DNA of 64,000 nucleotides from Thermoanaerobaculia bacterium (GCA_963666565.1 OY762911.1:3392001-3456000), one strand, 5' to 3'. Counted from the stretch's first letter, positions 31,971-45,622 are shown. Numbers and translations are program-made. The notes: generated from the sequence alone by a model not told the origin.

Positions 31971-33094
31971 CGGGCGCCGACCGCCCGCGAGACGCCGCCG
32001 TCCGCGATCTCGCCGTAGATGCCGACCACCTCCTCGGCGGCTCGGCGCCAGGAGAAGGAGGCCGCGCGCTCCAGGCCGGCCCGCCGGTACCGCTCGCGCC
32101 GCGACGGTTCCCGCAGCAGGCTCTCCAGGCCGCGCCGGATCGCCTCCACGTCGAAGGGATCGACGCAGACAGCGGCGTCTCCGGCCACCTCGACAAGCGA
32201 CGACCGGTTCGAGGTCAGGACCGGTGTGCCGCACGCCATCGCCTCCACCACCGGCAGCCCGAACCCTTCGACCAGGGACGGATAGGCCACCACCGAGGCG
32301 GCGTTGTAGAGGGCGACGAGATCCTCTTCGGACACCGCGCCCAGCCGGCGGACGAAGTCCGGCCAGGCGCCCTTGAACACGGCGTCCCGCTTCCAGCCGC
32401 CGCCGCCCACCAGCGCCAGCGGAATCCGGCCTCGCAGGTCCGGGTCGAGCCGGCCGTAGGCCTCGATCAGCCGGGCGACGTTCTTTCGGGGCTCGAGCGT
32501 CCCCACCGAAAGGACGAACGGGCCGTCGAGCCCGAACCGGTCCGCGAGCCGCCGCCGGGCAACCTCCAGTTCGCCGGCGTCGAACGCGGCGAAGGCGGCC
32601 GAGGCCGCCTCGTGGACCACCCGCAGCCGCTCGGCAGGCAGCGCGAACCAGTTCCGCACTTCGGCGGCGGTGGCCTCCGACACGGCGACGATCGTCGCCT
32701 CCCGGGCCACCGCCCGCAGCGTCGCCAGCAGGCACTGGTTCCGGTTCGCCGGCACGTGGAACCGCGGGTGGGTGAGGAACGTCAGGTCGTGGATCGTGAA
32801 GACCACGGGCCCGTCGAAACAGGCGGGGTCGGCGAACGTCGGGATATGGAACAGGTCGAGATCCCGGCGGCGCGGCCAGCGGCCCGGTCCGCGCCGCACG
32901 GTTCCCGGCAGGTCCCGGAGCAGCCGCTTCCAGCCGGCGGCATCGACCTCCGCGCCGAGCGCGTAGAGCGCCAGGCTCGGCGTGCCGCCGCGCTCCTCCG
33001 ACAGCTCGGCGAGCGCCTCCAGCAGACTCGCCGAGTACCGGGCGACGCCGTCCCGGGGCCCGAACAGCTTGCTCACGTCGAAGCCGACGCGCAT
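31967..33094 (-). CDS. GT4 glycosyltransferase
   Basis: [28 protein letters not shown]. Confidence 0.9.
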   Translation of the reverse strand: MRVGFDVSKLFGPRDGVARYSASLLEALAELSEERGGTPSLALYALGAEVDAAGWKRLLRDLPGTVRRGPGRWPRRRDLDLFHIPTFADPACFDGPVVFTIHDLTFLTHPRFHVPANRNQCLLATLRAVAREATIVAVSEATAAEVRNWFALPAERLRVVHEAASAAFAAFDAGELEVARRRLADRFGLDGPFVLSVGTLEPRKNVARLIEAYGRLDPDLRGRIPLALVGGGGWKRDAVFKGAWPDFVRRLGAVSEEDLVALYNAASVVAYPSLVEGFGLPVVEAMACGTPVLTSNRSSLVEVAGDAAVCVDPFDVEAIRRGLESLLREPSRRERYRRAGLERAASFSWRRAAEEVVGIYGEIADGGVSRAVGAR

Positions 33095-33101
33095 GCCGGC
33101 C

Positions 33102-33395
33102 TCAGGCGCCCCGCGCTTCCCGCCTCGCCTCGGCGCGAATGCCGTTGGCCACCGACCGCAGCCTCCTCGCGGCGCCGGCCCGCAGTTGTCCGGCGCCGTC
33201 GAGCTGCTCGATCAGGGGCAGGATGTCGGCGTGAAGCGGATCCACGCCCGCCGCCTCCTTCGCCCGCGACCACACCGCCACGCGAAACCGGTCGTAGGCG
33301 CCCACGCCGACGACGCGCCGCAGCGCCAACCGCAGCGGCCGCGCAGGGCCGGAACGGGCAAGCCGTCCCAGGAAGGCAACGATGACCCGCCCCAT
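33102..33395 (-). CDS. Hypothetical protein (97 aa)
   Basis: ATG start 9 nt after a TAGCCT -10-like hexamer; ends 7 nt before the GT4 gene. Confidence 0.5.
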   Translation of the reverse strand: MGRVIVAFLGRLARSGPARPLRLALRRVVGVGAYDRFRVAVWSRAKEAAGVDPLHADILPLIEQLDGAGQLRAGAARRLRSVANGIRAEARREARGA

Positions 33396-33522
33396 GGCTC
33401 GCGGAGGCTACAACAACGGAAGGGAACCGGCCGGCGCGCCTCGGCGCCAGCCAGGAACCGGACCGTGCGGCGGTCGTCGGACGCAAGGACGGCAGGCGCG
33501 AGCCGGGCAACAAGCCGGGAGA

Positions 33523-34995
33523 TCAGACGTCGAGCGCCGCGATCAGGCCGATTACGTCGTCGTACAGCGCGGCGCGCTGACGGCGGAGCCGCTTCACCGT
33601 GCCCCGGCGGAACCCGCCCGCCCAGAGCGCCCGCAGACCGTGGCGGAGTTCGCCGATGAACCGGTGGTAGCGAAGGCCCAGCAGGGCGGAAAGCGCGCAC
33701 AGGACCAGCATTCCCGCGACCCGGGCCCACAGCGCCTCCGGCCTCCAGTCGAACCCGGGCAGAGGCTCGGTCCAGGCCAGGCCAACCGCCAGGCTGGCGG
33801 CGAACCAGGCCGCGGGCAGGACGATGAGTCCCAGGAACATCTTGAGTCCCGCCTGCTCCTTGCGGCTCGCGGAGAGCTTTCTCGCGCCGAGAGCGACGAG
33901 AAGGGCGGCCGGAAGGTTGACGAGGTTGCCGATCAGGACGACCGTCGGCAGCAGCAGCAGCATGAGCAGGGCCTCGACGAAGAGAAGCGTCATGCGCCAG
34001 GCCGTCCGCCGGAGCGGCGCGCCGTCCAGATCCCGGTCGCTCAGGCCCAGCAACCGCAGCGCCTCCCCGTAGCGGGTCGCCCGAACGACGAGCCGGTCCA
34101 CCACGCGAGGATCGATCGCGCGCTGCTTCCGGTAGCCCGCCCAGACGCGGGCGAAGCCGTCGTCCCGTTCCTCCATCGGCGCCCGGCGCAGGCGCGGACC
34201 GCCCCCGCGCGCCGCGTGTTCCGCCCGCACGAGGGATCGCACCTGTTCCATCGCCCGGTGGAGCTTCCAGCTCTCCGTCGGGTGGGTGACCTCGATCAGG
34301 CGCTGCTGGATCAGTCCGGTCAGGCGGTCGACGAAGGTGCCCTCCCCCGCCGTCCGGCCGGGGTCCGCCGGCTTCGCTCCGGCTCGACCGGGCCGGAGGT
34401 CCTCCGGCAGGTCGACCGGCGGATGGAACTTGACCAGGGCCCGGGACCGGAACGCGTGCTTGCGTTCGTAGTGCAGCCCCACCGGCACCAGCGCCGGATC
34501 GCCGCCGCCCTCCTGGGCCAGTTGGAACAGGCGCGCGGCGCCGGCCCGCAGATCGAGCAGTTGGGGCTCGTCGTGCGTCGCACCTTCGGGAAAGATGGCG
34601 ACGAGGGACCGCCGGGCGGCCGCCGCGAGCGCACCGAGGCTCCGCTGGTTCGCGGCCCGGCGTTCCTCGCCGCTCCCGAGCCCGCCGGCTTCGCCCCGGT
34701 CGCGGCGGCGGTAGAGCGGCACCGCGCCGGCCGCCCGCAGCATCCAGCCGACGACCGGCAGGCGGAACAGGCCGTGGCGGGCGCCGAACGTGACCGGCCG
34801 CGGGCTGAAGCCGAGGATCAGGATGCCGTCCGCCAGGCCGTTCGGGTGCCAGGCGACGAGCAGGCCGCCTCCCTCCGGCGGCACGTTCTCGCTGCCGGCC
34901 ACCTCGACGCTGCGGAAGAAGAGCCTGGCCAGCAGCCGCAGAAACCACCTCAGGCTGCGCATTCCGAGCCCGTGCTCGACCGCCCCGACCACCAC
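33523..34995 (-). CDS. PlsC-family glycerolipid acyltransferase with C-terminal TM segments
   Basis: HPNGLAD, GAVPLYRR, IFPEG motifs; start could be ATG 34962. Confidence 0.83.
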   Translation of the reverse strand: MVVGAVEHGLGMRSLRWFLRLLARLFFRSVEVAGSENVPPEGGGLLVAWHPNGLADGILILGFSPRPVTFGARHGLFRLPVVGWMLRAAGAVPLYRRRDRGEAGGLGSGEERRAANQRSLGALAAAARRSLVAIFPEGATHDEPQLLDLRAGAARLFQLAQEGGGDPALVPVGLHYERKHAFRSRALVKFHPPVDLPEDLRPGRAGAKPADPGRTAGEGTFVDRLTGLIQQRLIEVTHPTESWKLHRAMEQVRSLVRAEHAARGGGPRLRRAPMEERDDGFARVWAGYRKQRAIDPRVVDRLVVRATRYGEALRLLGLSDRDLDGAPLRRTAWRMTLLFVEALLMLLLLPTVVLIGNLVNLPAALLVALGARKLSASRKEQAGLKMFLGLIVLPAAWFAASLAVGLAWTEPLPGFDWRPEALWARVAGMLVLCALSALLGLRYHRFIGELRHGLRALWAGGFRRGTVKRLRRQRAALYDDVIGLIAALDV

Positions 34996-35069
34996 CCTGT
35001 TGCACTCCCTCCGCTTTCGGTCAGTCTACGCCACCGGCGCGCCGGCGAACCGTCCGACCGGTCGGTCGC

Positions 35070-35099
35070 TTGACAGCCCGCCGCCGGCCCCCTTAGCGT
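35070..35099 (+). promoter_or_regulatory. Sigma70-like promoter for a small ORF
   Basis: TTGACA-18 nt-TAGCGT. Confidence 0.55.
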
Positions 35100-35128
35100 C
35101 GTCTCACGATGCAAGGGAAGGAGGCGCC

Positions 35129-35218
35129 ATGACACCGCCGGGCCATCTTCAGCCCCCGGTTGCCCCGACGCCGATCGCCGAGGGGAACCAGCCGGGGGCC
35201 GCCGAGTCCACGGCCTGA
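35129..35218 (+). CDS. Candidate 29-aa small protein MTPPGHLQPPVAPTPIAEGNQPGAAESTA
   Basis: Strong AAGGAGG RBS 4 nt before ATG, preceded by a promoter-like motif. Confidence 0.4.
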   Translation: MTPPGHLQPPVAPTPIAEGNQPGAAESTA

Positions 35219-35384
35219 GTGGACCACTGAGTTCCGGCCGCTCGACCGTCGCCTGAACCGCCCGAGCGTCCGGCGGATCTTCCATCCGAACCGGACCGCG
35301 CCAGGGCAAAGCAGAACGAGTCGCGGCCCATCGGGCCCCAGCCGCCCACCGCGAAAACGCATCCATTCCAGGCCCGGGACACCT

Positions 35385-35412
35385 TGAGAGCGCAGGTTCG
35401 CCTGCGCTCTCA
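35385..35412. other. Perfect 12-bp hairpin with TTCG loop upstream of comM
   Basis: TGAGAGCGCAGG-TTCG-CCTGCGCTCTCA; no U-tract. Confidence 0.7.
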
Positions 35413-35468
35413 CTGCGTTCGGGGAGGTCCGGAACACGGTTCCGGAGCTTCCTCGCGTCTTAGTCAGT

Positions 35469-36992
35469 GTGATCGCGTACATGAACTCCGCGACGCCCTG
35501 GGGCATCGAAGCGCGGGAAGTCCAGGTGGAAGTCGCGGCCTACTTCGGCCTGCCAGCGATGCAGTTGATCGGACTGCCGGACACCGCCGTTCGGGAGAGC
35601 CGCGACCGCGTACGCGCGGCGATCCGCAGCAGCGGCTACGACCTCAAGAGCCGCAACGTCGTCATCAACCTGGCGCCCGCCGACCTGCGCAAGGAAGGCA
35701 ACCAGCTCGACCTGCCGATCGCGCTGGGCCTCCTGACCGCCAACCGCGAACTCTCCCCCGAGGCCCTCGAGGGCCGAATGGCCTGCGGCGAACTCGGGCT
35801 CGACGGCGAGGTGCGGCCCGTCCGCGGCGCCCTGTCGATCGCCGAACTGGCCGGCAAGCTCGGCGTGCGCGAACTGCTGCTCCCGGCGGCGAACAGCCGC
35901 CAGGCGGCCTCGCTGCCCGGAACGCGGGTGATCCCTGTCGCCCATCTCCGCGAGGCGATCGAGCACCTGACGGGCGACCGGACGATCGCGCCCGCGACGC
36001 CGATGCCGCCGCTCCGGGCCTTGAGCGGCGCCGAACCCGACTTCTCCGACGTCCGGGGCCAGGAGACGGCCAAGCGTGCGCTCGAGATCGCCGCGGCGGG
36101 CGGCCACAACGTCCTCTTCGTCGGGCCTCCGGGAACCGGCAAGACGATGCTGGCCCGGCGCCTGCCCGGCATCCTGCCGCCGCTCACCGACGCGGAAGCG
36201 ATCACCGTGACGAAGATCCACTCGCTCTCCGGCGGCGCCCGCGGCGCCGACCGGCTGGTCTGGACGCGGCCGTTCAGGAGTCCGCACGCCGGCGTCTCGT
36301 CCTCGGGGCTGATCGGCGGAGGCGCCATGCCCAGACCCGGGGAGATCAGCCTGGCGCACGCCGGCGTGCTGTTCCTCGACGAGCTTCCCGAGTTTCGGCG
36401 CGACGCGCTCGAGGCCCTGCGCCAGCCGCTCGAGGACGGCATGGTCACGGTCGCCCGGGCCCGGGCCCGGCTCACCTTTCCCGCCCGCTTCACCCTGGTC
36501 GCCGCCTGCAACCCCTGCCGCTGCGGCCACTTCGGCGATCCCCGGGCGGACTGCGTCTGCACGGCGCACGACATCGACCGCTATCGCCGCCAGCTCTCCG
36601 GCCCCCTGCTCGACCGGATCGATCTCCACGTCGAGATGCCGGTTCCCAGCCTGGACGAACTGAAGGGACCTCCCTGCGAGACTTCTGCCAGGATCGCCAG
36701 GAGAGTCGACGCGGCGCGCCGCCTCCAGCTACCCCGTTTCCCTCCCGGCCATCCGTCGCCGCTCAACGGCGCGCTGAGCCGCCGGGTTCTCGAGGAGTAC
36801 GCCCGGCCCACCGAAGCGGCGCAGAGCCTCCTCGACGCGGCCTTCGAGCGGCTGGCGATGTCGGCCCGGGCGCTGGCGCGAGCCCTCAAGGTGGCCCGCA
36901 CGATCGCCGATCTGGACTCGTCCCCGGAGGTCGACGTCACCCACGTTGCGGAAGCGATCCAGTATCGGCCGCTGGATCGGAGCAACCCGTGA
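35469..36992 (+). CDS. comM: YifB/ComM Mg-chelatase-like AAA+ ATPase
   Basis: GLPDTAVRESRDRV, GPPGTGKT, RPFRSPH, LFLDELPEF, SGPLLDRID. Confidence 0.92.
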   Translation: MIAYMNSATPWGIEAREVQVEVAAYFGLPAMQLIGLPDTAVRESRDRVRAAIRSSGYDLKSRNVVINLAPADLRKEGNQLDLPIALGLLTANRELSPEALEGRMACGELGLDGEVRPVRGALSIAELAGKLGVRELLLPAANSRQAASLPGTRVIPVAHLREAIEHLTGDRTIAPATPMPPLRALSGAEPDFSDVRGQETAKRALEIAAAGGHNVLFVGPPGTGKTMLARRLPGILPPLTDAEAITVTKIHSLSGGARGADRLVWTRPFRSPHAGVSSSGLIGGGAMPRPGEISLAHAGVLFLDELPEFRRDALEALRQPLEDGMVTVARARARLTFPARFTLVAACNPCRCGHFGDPRADCVCTAHDIDRYRRQLSGPLLDRIDLHVEMPVPSLDELKGPPCETSARIARRVDAARRLQLPRFPPGHPSPLNGALSRRVLEEYARPTEAAQSLLDAAFERLAMSARALARALKVARTIADLDSSPEVDVTHVAEAIQYRPLDRSNP

Positions 36993-37145
36993 CGTCGACG
37001 CGGAAGGCGGCCGGGCGGGGTCCACTCTCCGCCTCGCCCGGCCGCCGGCCTGTGGGGCCTGCCGTTTGCTGCTACAGTTCGCGCCGGTCGACCCGCTTGA
37101 AGCCCGGCGCCTCGTGCAGGCGGCGGAACGCCAGCTTGCGCGACG

Positions 37146-37174
37146 TTGACATTCAACGGAATCGGAACGAGAAT
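37146..37174 (+). promoter_or_regulatory. Sigma70-like promoter for the M23 peptidase gene
   Basis: TTGACA-17 nt-GAGAAT in an AT-richer patch. Confidence 0.5.
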
Positions 37175-37250
37175 ATTCGGAATGGTCGATCCATCGCTCG
37201 ACGGCGAGCCACGCGGATAACGACCAGCGCGCCGAGACCTCCACGTCGAG

Positions 37251-38138
37251 ATGCCGTCCAGGCTCCATACGATCGTCTTCGTCCCTCACTCGATGAGGCG
37301 GACGCGGCAGTTCCGGATCAGCGGCCGCTGGCTCGCCGCCATCGGGGTCGCGGCCGGGCTCGCGCTCGGCGTCTCCGGCTGGGTGACTGTCCACCAGGTC
37401 CGGTCGGCGGCGGAGCTTCGGGACCTGGAACGAATCCAGCGCGAGAACGCGGACCTTCGCCGGGCCAACGCCGCCTACGAGGAGAGCGTGTCCCGGCTGC
37501 AGCAGGAGCTGACCGAGGCGGAAGACCGCACCCGCGACCTGGCGATCGTCGCCGGGCTCGAGCGGATCGTCGGCGGCGAACCGGAGAGCCGGCTGTCGGA
37601 AACCGGCGCGGGCGGCGCCTTCACCAGCCTCAGCACGCCGGACGGTTCCGATCTGTCCCTGCTCGAGGCCCGGGCGTCGCTGCTCGGGGGGCGGCTCGAC
37701 GCCGTCGGCGACGCGTTCCGGGATCGCCGGCTCCTCCTCCGCTCGACTCCCTTGATCTGGCCGGTGCGCGGCGTGATCAACAGCGGCTTCGGCTTCCGGC
37801 GCGATCCGATCACGGGCCAGCGGGCCCACCACGCCGGTCTCGACATCTCGGCGGACCGCGGCGTTCCGGTGCGCGCGACCGCCGACGGAATTGTCGTGCG
37901 CGCGGAACGGATGGGCAACCTGGGCCGGGCCGTCTACATACTCCACCGCTTCGGCTACGAGACGCGCTACGGACACCTGGCGGAGATCCTGGTCGAAGAG
38001 GGTCGGGAGGTCCGCCGCGGCGACGTGGTGGGCCGCGTCGGCAACTCCGGGCGGACGACGGGCTACCACCTGCACTACGAGGTCCGGCTGGAAGGCGACG
38101 CCCGCAACCCGTTCGAGTATCTGCGGAACCAGGGCTGA
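37251..38138 (+). CDS. M23 family metallopeptidase (TM + coiled coil + LytM domain)
   Basis: HAGLD, YGHL, HLHYEV. Confidence 0.92.
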   Translation: MPSRLHTIVFVPHSMRRTRQFRISGRWLAAIGVAAGLALGVSGWVTVHQVRSAAELRDLERIQRENADLRRANAAYEESVSRLQQELTEAEDRTRDLAIVAGLERIVGGEPESRLSETGAGGAFTSLSTPDGSDLSLLEARASLLGGRLDAVGDAFRDRRLLLRSTPLIWPVRGVINSGFGFRRDPITGQRAHHAGLDISADRGVPVRATADGIVVRAERMGNLGRAVYILHRFGYETRYGHLAEILVEEGREVRRGDVVGRVGNSGRTTGYHLHYEVRLEGDARNPFEYLRNQG

Positions 38139-38304
38139 GCGACCGCCGCGTCACGAGACGCCGCGCTAGGATGCCGTCGCATCGCCCGCTGACGGACGAT
38201 GCGACCGGGTCGCTGGCGGCGCGGAGACGCTCCGCCAGGGTTCCCAGCCTCCCTTCCCAGCATCGGACGGTGCCCCCGTCGCGCGCACCGATGGCAACGA
38301 GCCC

Positions 38305-41166
<2,862 letters not shown>

Positions 41167-41212
41167 GCCCTCCTCCGTTCCCGGCGCGGTCGCCCGACTG
41201 ATAGCGTTCCGC

Positions 41213-42673
41213 ATGGAAACGCCTCCCCTCGCGCTGACCTTCGACGACGTCCTGCTGGCCCCCGGCCTGTCGGAGGTCCATCCGAACGACGTCGACCTGG
41301 GAACCCGCCTCACCCGCGGCATCGGCCTGAACATCCCGCTGGTGTCGGCGGCGATGGACACCGTCACCGAGGCCGAACTCGCGATCGCCCTCGCCCAGGA
41401 GGGCGGCATCGGCGTGGTCCACAAGAACCTGTCGATCGAGGCCCAGGCCACGGAGGTCGACCGGGTCAAGCGCTCCGAAGCCGGCATGATCGTCAACCCG
41501 ATCACGATCCGTCCCGAACAGCGGATCCACGAAGCGCTGGATCTGATGGCGCGCTACAAGATCTCGGGCGTTCCGGTCACGGACCGCGACGGCCACCTGG
41601 TCGGCATCCTGACCAACCGCGACCTCCGGTTCGAGACGGACACGAACCTGCCCGTTTCCGCGCTGATGACCCGCGAGAACCTGGTCACCGTGCCGGTCGG
41701 CACGACCCTGGACCAGGCGAAGGCCGAGCTGCACCGCAATCGCATCGAGAAGCTGCTCGTCACGGACGACGAGGGCAACCTGAAGGGCCTGATCACGGTC
41801 AAGGACATCCAGAAGATGATGGACTTCCCCATCGCCTGCAAGGACGACCTGGGCCGGCTGCGGGTCGCGGCCGCGGTCGGGACGGGCGGCGACTGCCTGG
41901 ACCGGGCCGCGGCGCTGGCGGCGGCCCAGGCGGACGTGCTGGTGGTCGACTCGTCCCACGCCCACAGCCGCGGGGTGCTGGACGCGCTGGAGCGGATCCG
42001 CGAGGCGCTTCCCGACGTTCAGCTTCTTGCCGGCAACGTCGCGACGGCCGAGGGCGCCCGGGCGCTGGCCGAGCGGGGCGCGGACGGCATCAAGGTCGGC
42101 ATCGGCCCCGGCAGCATCTGCACCACGCGGGTCGTCACCGGCGCCGGCATGCCCCAGGTGACGGCGATCCAGGACGCGGCTTCCGAAGCCGGCGACCTGC
42201 CGGTGGTCGCGGACGGCGGCATCCGGTTCTCGGGCGACCTGACGAAGGCGCTCGCCTGCGGCGCCCACAGCGTGATGGTCGGTTCGCTGCTCGCCGGCAC
42301 GGAAGAGAGCCCCGGCGAGACGATCCTCTACCAGGGGCGCAGCTACAAGGCGTACCGCGGCATGGGCTCGCTGTCGGCGATGGCCGAGGGCAGCGCCGAC
42401 CGCTACTTCCAGTCCGGCGACCAACCGCTGGCGAAGCTGGTGCCGGAAGGCATCGAGGGCATGGTGCCGCACAAGGGCAGCGTCCACCAGGTGATCGGCC
42501 AGCTCACCGGCGGCCTCCGCTCCGGCATGGGCCTCTCCGGCTGCGCCAGCGTCGCCGAACTCAGAACCGGCGCCCGCATGATCCAGGTCACCGCCGCCGG
42601 CCAGAAGGAAGGCCACGCGCACGACGTCGTCATCACGAAGGAGGCGCCCAACTACTGGGTCGACCGGAACTGA
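41213..42673 (+). CDS. guaB: IMP dehydrogenase
   Basis: [11 protein letters not shown] pair, [17 protein letters not shown]. Confidence 0.97.
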   Translation: METPPLALTFDDVLLAPGLSEVHPNDVDLGTRLTRGIGLNIPLVSAAMDTVTEAELAIALAQEGGIGVVHKNLSIEAQATEVDRVKRSEAGMIVNPITIRPEQRIHEALDLMARYKISGVPVTDRDGHLVGILTNRDLRFETDTNLPVSALMTRENLVTVPVGTTLDQAKAELHRNRIEKLLVTDDEGNLKGLITVKDIQKMMDFPIACKDDLGRLRVAAAVGTGGDCLDRAAALAAAQADVLVVDSSHAHSRGVLDALERIREALPDVQLLAGNVATAEGARALAERGADGIKVGIGPGSICTTRVVTGAGMPQVTAIQDAASEAGDLPVVADGGIRFSGDLTKALACGAHSVMVGSLLAGTEESPGETILYQGRSYKAYRGMGSLSAMAEGSADRYFQSGDQPLAKLVPEGIEGMVPHKGSVHQVIGQLTGGLRSGMGLSGCASVAELRTGARMIQVTAAGQKEGHAHDVVITKEAPNYWVDRN

Positions 42674-42686
42674 GCGGAGTGGACCC

Positions 42687-42864
42687 GCCAGTCCGGGAGG
42701 CCAGGGGGGCGGCCCACTGCGGCCGCTCGCGCTTGGTCGGAAGATGAGAGGTTGGCGCTCGCTCCACTCCGCTCGCTTCGGCACGTCGTCGGTTTCCGGG
42801 TTGGCGTCGGAAGTCGCTCGCTTCGAGTCCGCAGGGGCCCGCCCCCCTGGCCTCCCGGACTGGC
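42687..42864 (-). mobile_element. Long-stem element family B, copy 2
   Basis: 36-bp arms 42687-42722 / 42829-42864 (34/36 complementary); reverse-complement core GGAGCGAGCGCCAAC...AAGCGCGAGCG. Confidence 0.6.
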
Positions 42865-43020
42865 TGGACGGCATCGGTGTGCCGTGACTTCGGGGCGGCC
42901 TCGATTTGGCAGGTCGGTGGTTTCGGGAATGGCACAGCAAGTCGCTCGAGTCCCCGGGGGACTGCCCTTGATCCCGGGACTGGCTGGACGGCATCGGCAT
43001 GCCGTGACTGCGGGGCTGCC
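42857..43020 (+). repeat. Imperfect direct repeat with 120-bp period
   Basis: GGACTGGCTGGACGGCATCGG..TGCCGTGACT.CGGGGC at 42857 and 42977. Confidence 0.85.
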
Positions 43021-44267
43021 TACCAGGAACGGGGATCGAGATCGTAGGGAAGTGGCGTGAGGTTGGTCATGCCGTCCTCCGTGACGACGACGAGGTCCTC
43101 GAGTCGCACTCCCCAGCCGGCTTCCGGATCGTAGAGTCCAGGCTCGATCGTCACGACGTCGCCGGCGGCGAGTTCGTCGGTTCCCGGCCCGGTCTTGCGG
43201 AAGCTGGGAAGTTCGTGCAACTCGTAGCCGACGCCGTGGCCCAGGAGGTGGAAGTAGCCGCTCTGGGAACCGGGGTTCTTGTCGGCCACGTCGAAGCCCA
43301 CGTTCTCGAAGAAGCGGCAGATGCGTTCGTGCAGGGTCCAGCCGCGCACGCCGGGCCGCACGGCGCCGAGACTGGTCTCGAGCGCTTCGAGCACGAGGCG
43401 GTGCGCCCGCGCCAGATCCTCCGGGGGCTCTCCGACGCAGAAAGTCCTCGTGCAGTCGGCGAACAGGAGGCCGCGCGGGAACAGATCGACGACCACGGAC
43501 TCGCCTGCGCGCAGCACCCGGTCCGGGGTGCCGGTGCTGTGACCCGTGGCGCCCTCTTCCCCCGGAGCGACGACGGAACTCTCGGGCTGTTCCAGACCGT
43601 GCGCGGCGAACACTTGAGCCGCAGCTCCCTTGACCCGGGCCACGGTGACGCGTTCGTCGTGCAGCCAGAGCTCCCCGCTATCCCGTACCGAACTGCCGGC
43701 CAGCATCCGCGCGACCGACTCGAAGGCCTCGACCGTCGCTCGCGCGGCGGAGGCGATGCCCGCGATCTCCCTCTGCGTCTTCTTCCGGCGCAGCGCCAGC
43801 ATCAGGCCCCGGCCGGAGACGGGCTGCCGTTTCCCTTCCTCCAGTGTCCGAGCCAGGTCCAGGGTCGATCCGGCCGGCGGCCGTCCGGCGAGGACGACCC
43901 TGCCGGTCCCGGTCCCGGCGCGTTCGAACGCCGAGTTCACCGCGGCGGCGAGAATCTCCTCGCTGCTCTTGCCGTCGCGCCGCAACGCCTCCATCCCGAA
44001 ATCGGCGGGATGAACCAGCTCCACGCCCTCCGCCTCCGCCAGGGCCGCCTCCTCCCGCTCCATCGACGTGAAGTAGACGAGCCAGGCACCGGGGCCATTC
44101 GCCACCACGCAGGCATGTCCCAACCGAGCGCCGCCGACGAAGGGCGCCAGATCCGGGTCGCGACTCGACCCGGCCAGGACCACGAGGGCCTCGGCCTTCT
44201 CTTCGGCAAGAAGCGCCCCCAGGAGCTCGCTGCGCGGCCAGGTCATTTCACCCAGGCACAGATTCAT
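43020..44267 (-). CDS. M24 family Xaa-Pro aminopeptidase-like protein
   Basis: DLFP, DCTRTF, HLLGHGVG..LHE.P, TIEPGLY, GVRLED. Confidence 0.88.
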   Translation of the reverse strand: MNLCLGEMTWPRSELLGALLAEEKAEALVVLAGSSRDPDLAPFVGGARLGHACVVANGPGAWLVYFTSMEREEAALAEAEGVELVHPADFGMEALRRDGKSSEEILAAAVNSAFERAGTGTGRVVLAGRPPAGSTLDLARTLEEGKRQPVSGRGLMLALRRKKTQREIAGIASAARATVEAFESVARMLAGSSVRDSGELWLHDERVTVARVKGAAAQVFAAHGLEQPESSVVAPGEEGATGHSTGTPDRVLRAGESVVVDLFPRGLLFADCTRTFCVGEPPEDLARAHRLVLEALETSLGAVRPGVRGWTLHERICRFFENVGFDVADKNPGSQSGYFHLLGHGVGYELHELPSFRKTGPGTDELAAGDVVTIEPGLYDPEAGWGVRLEDLVVVTEDGMTNLTPLPYDLDPRSW

Positions 44268-44327
44268 GAACCGCTATCCGCCCATCGCCCGACGGCGGGT
44301 GCACCCGACACGAACACGCGACCGCCC

Positions 44328-44657
44328 TCAGACGTGGTCGTTCAGGAAGGCCTCGAACCGCATCTTCGGCGCGGCGCCCGTCATGCGGCCCAGGATCTCG
44401 CCGTCCTTGAACAGGATGAAATGCGGGATGCCCTGGACGCCGTAGCGCACGGCCACGTCCTGGGCGTGGTCGACGTCCAGCTTGGCGATGCGGACGCGCC
44501 CATCGTACTCGCCGGCCAGTTCGTCCAGGATCGGCGCCACCATGCGGCAGGGGCCGCACCAGGTCGCCCAGAAGTCGACCAGCACCGGGGTATCCGACCC
44601 CAGCACCTGGTCCTCGAAGCTCTGGCTGTCCACGTTGAAGATCTGTTCGCTTGCCAT
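44328..44657 (-). CDS. trxA: Thioredoxin
   Basis: DFWATWCGPCR. Confidence 0.95.
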   Translation of the reverse strand: MASEQIFNVDSQSFEDQVLGSDTPVLVDFWATWCGPCRMVAPILDELAGEYDGRVRIAKLDVDHAQDVAVRYGVQGIPHFILFKDGEILGRMTGAAPKMRFEAFLNDHV

Positions 44658-44674
44658 CGGATTCGTTCCTCGCG

Positions 44675-45622
44675 TCAGTTTGATTGGTCCGTGCGTCGAA
44701 AGTACTCGCGGGCGGCGTCCGCGTCCCGGCCGATCTGGGCGGACAGGTCCATCATCGACGAGAAGAGCTTCTCTTCCCGCAGGTGCCTGCAGAACGAGAG
44801 ATGTACCCGCTCGCCGTAGACGTCGCTCGAGAAGTCGAGGATGTGACTCTCGACCACCCGCCGGTAGTTCTCGTAGACGGTAGGCCGGGTGCCGATGTTC
44901 GTGACCGACCGGAAGGTCGCCTCGAAGCTCGGAAAGTACACCTTCGTCACGTAGACGCCGTTGTGGGGGCAGAGCTCGTTGTCCGGCGTCAGGTTGATCG
45001 TCGGCCAGCCGAGCCGCTGGCCCATGCGGTCGCCCCGGGCGATCGTGCCCGTCATCGCGTAGGGGCGGCCGAGGAGGGCGTTCGCCTCCTCGATCCGGCC
45101 GTCGAGGACCAGCCTCCGTATGCGGCTGCTGGAAACCCGCTCGCCGTCCGTCCGGACCTCGTCGATCTCCACCGCGGCGAAGCCGAGCGACGCGCCCATC
45201 TCCTTCAGCAGCGCGATGTCGCCCTCCCGCCTCCGCCCGAAGGTGAAGTGCGAACCGACGTAGAGCTCCGCGACCGCCAGCCTGCCGTGCAGGAAGTCGC
45301 GGACGAACGTCCGCGCCCGGGTGTTCGAGAACTCGTGGGTGAAGCCGATCGTCAGCACGTATTCCAGGCCCGCTTCCCGCAGAAGATCCTCCTTCTGGGC
45401 CTGGGTCACCAGCCGGGGCGGCGCCTCCTCCGGCCGGACGACGCTCAGCGGATGCGGGTCGAAGGTGATGACCGCCGAGGGCGCTCCGCGTTCGCGCGCG
45501 CGGCCCGCGACCATGTCGAGCACGCTCTGCTGCCCGATGTGGATGCCGTCGTAGTTGCCGATCGTCGCGACCACCCCGCGCGGCAGCTCGGTCGACGCCA
45601 TGGCGTCGCGGATCGCCTGCAT
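44675..45622 (-). CDS. ribF: Bifunctional riboflavin kinase / FAD synthetase
   Basis: GNYDGIHIGQ, SSSRIR, GWPTIN, NIGTRPT, ESHILD. Confidence 0.94.
   Translation of the reverse strand: MQAIRDAMASTELPRGVVATIGNYDGIHIGQQSVLDMVAGRARERGAPSAVITFDPHPLSVVRPEEAPPRLVTQAQKEDLLREAGLEYVLTIGFTHEFSNTRARTFVRDFLHGRLAVAELYVGSHFTFGRRREGDIALLKEMGASLGFAAVEIDEVRTDGERVSSSRIRRLVLDGRIEEANALLGRPYAMTGTIARGDRMGQRLGWPTINLTPDNELCPHNGVYVTKVYFPSFEATFRSVTNIGTRPTVYENYRRVVESHILDFSSDVYGERVHLSFCRHLREEKLFSSMMDLSAQIGRDADAAREYFRRTDQSN

Noticed and set aside
37155-37185. LexA-like box near the M23 promoter
   Set aside because: GAAC/GAAT spacing fits neither GAAC-N4-GTTC nor GTTC-N7-GTTC.
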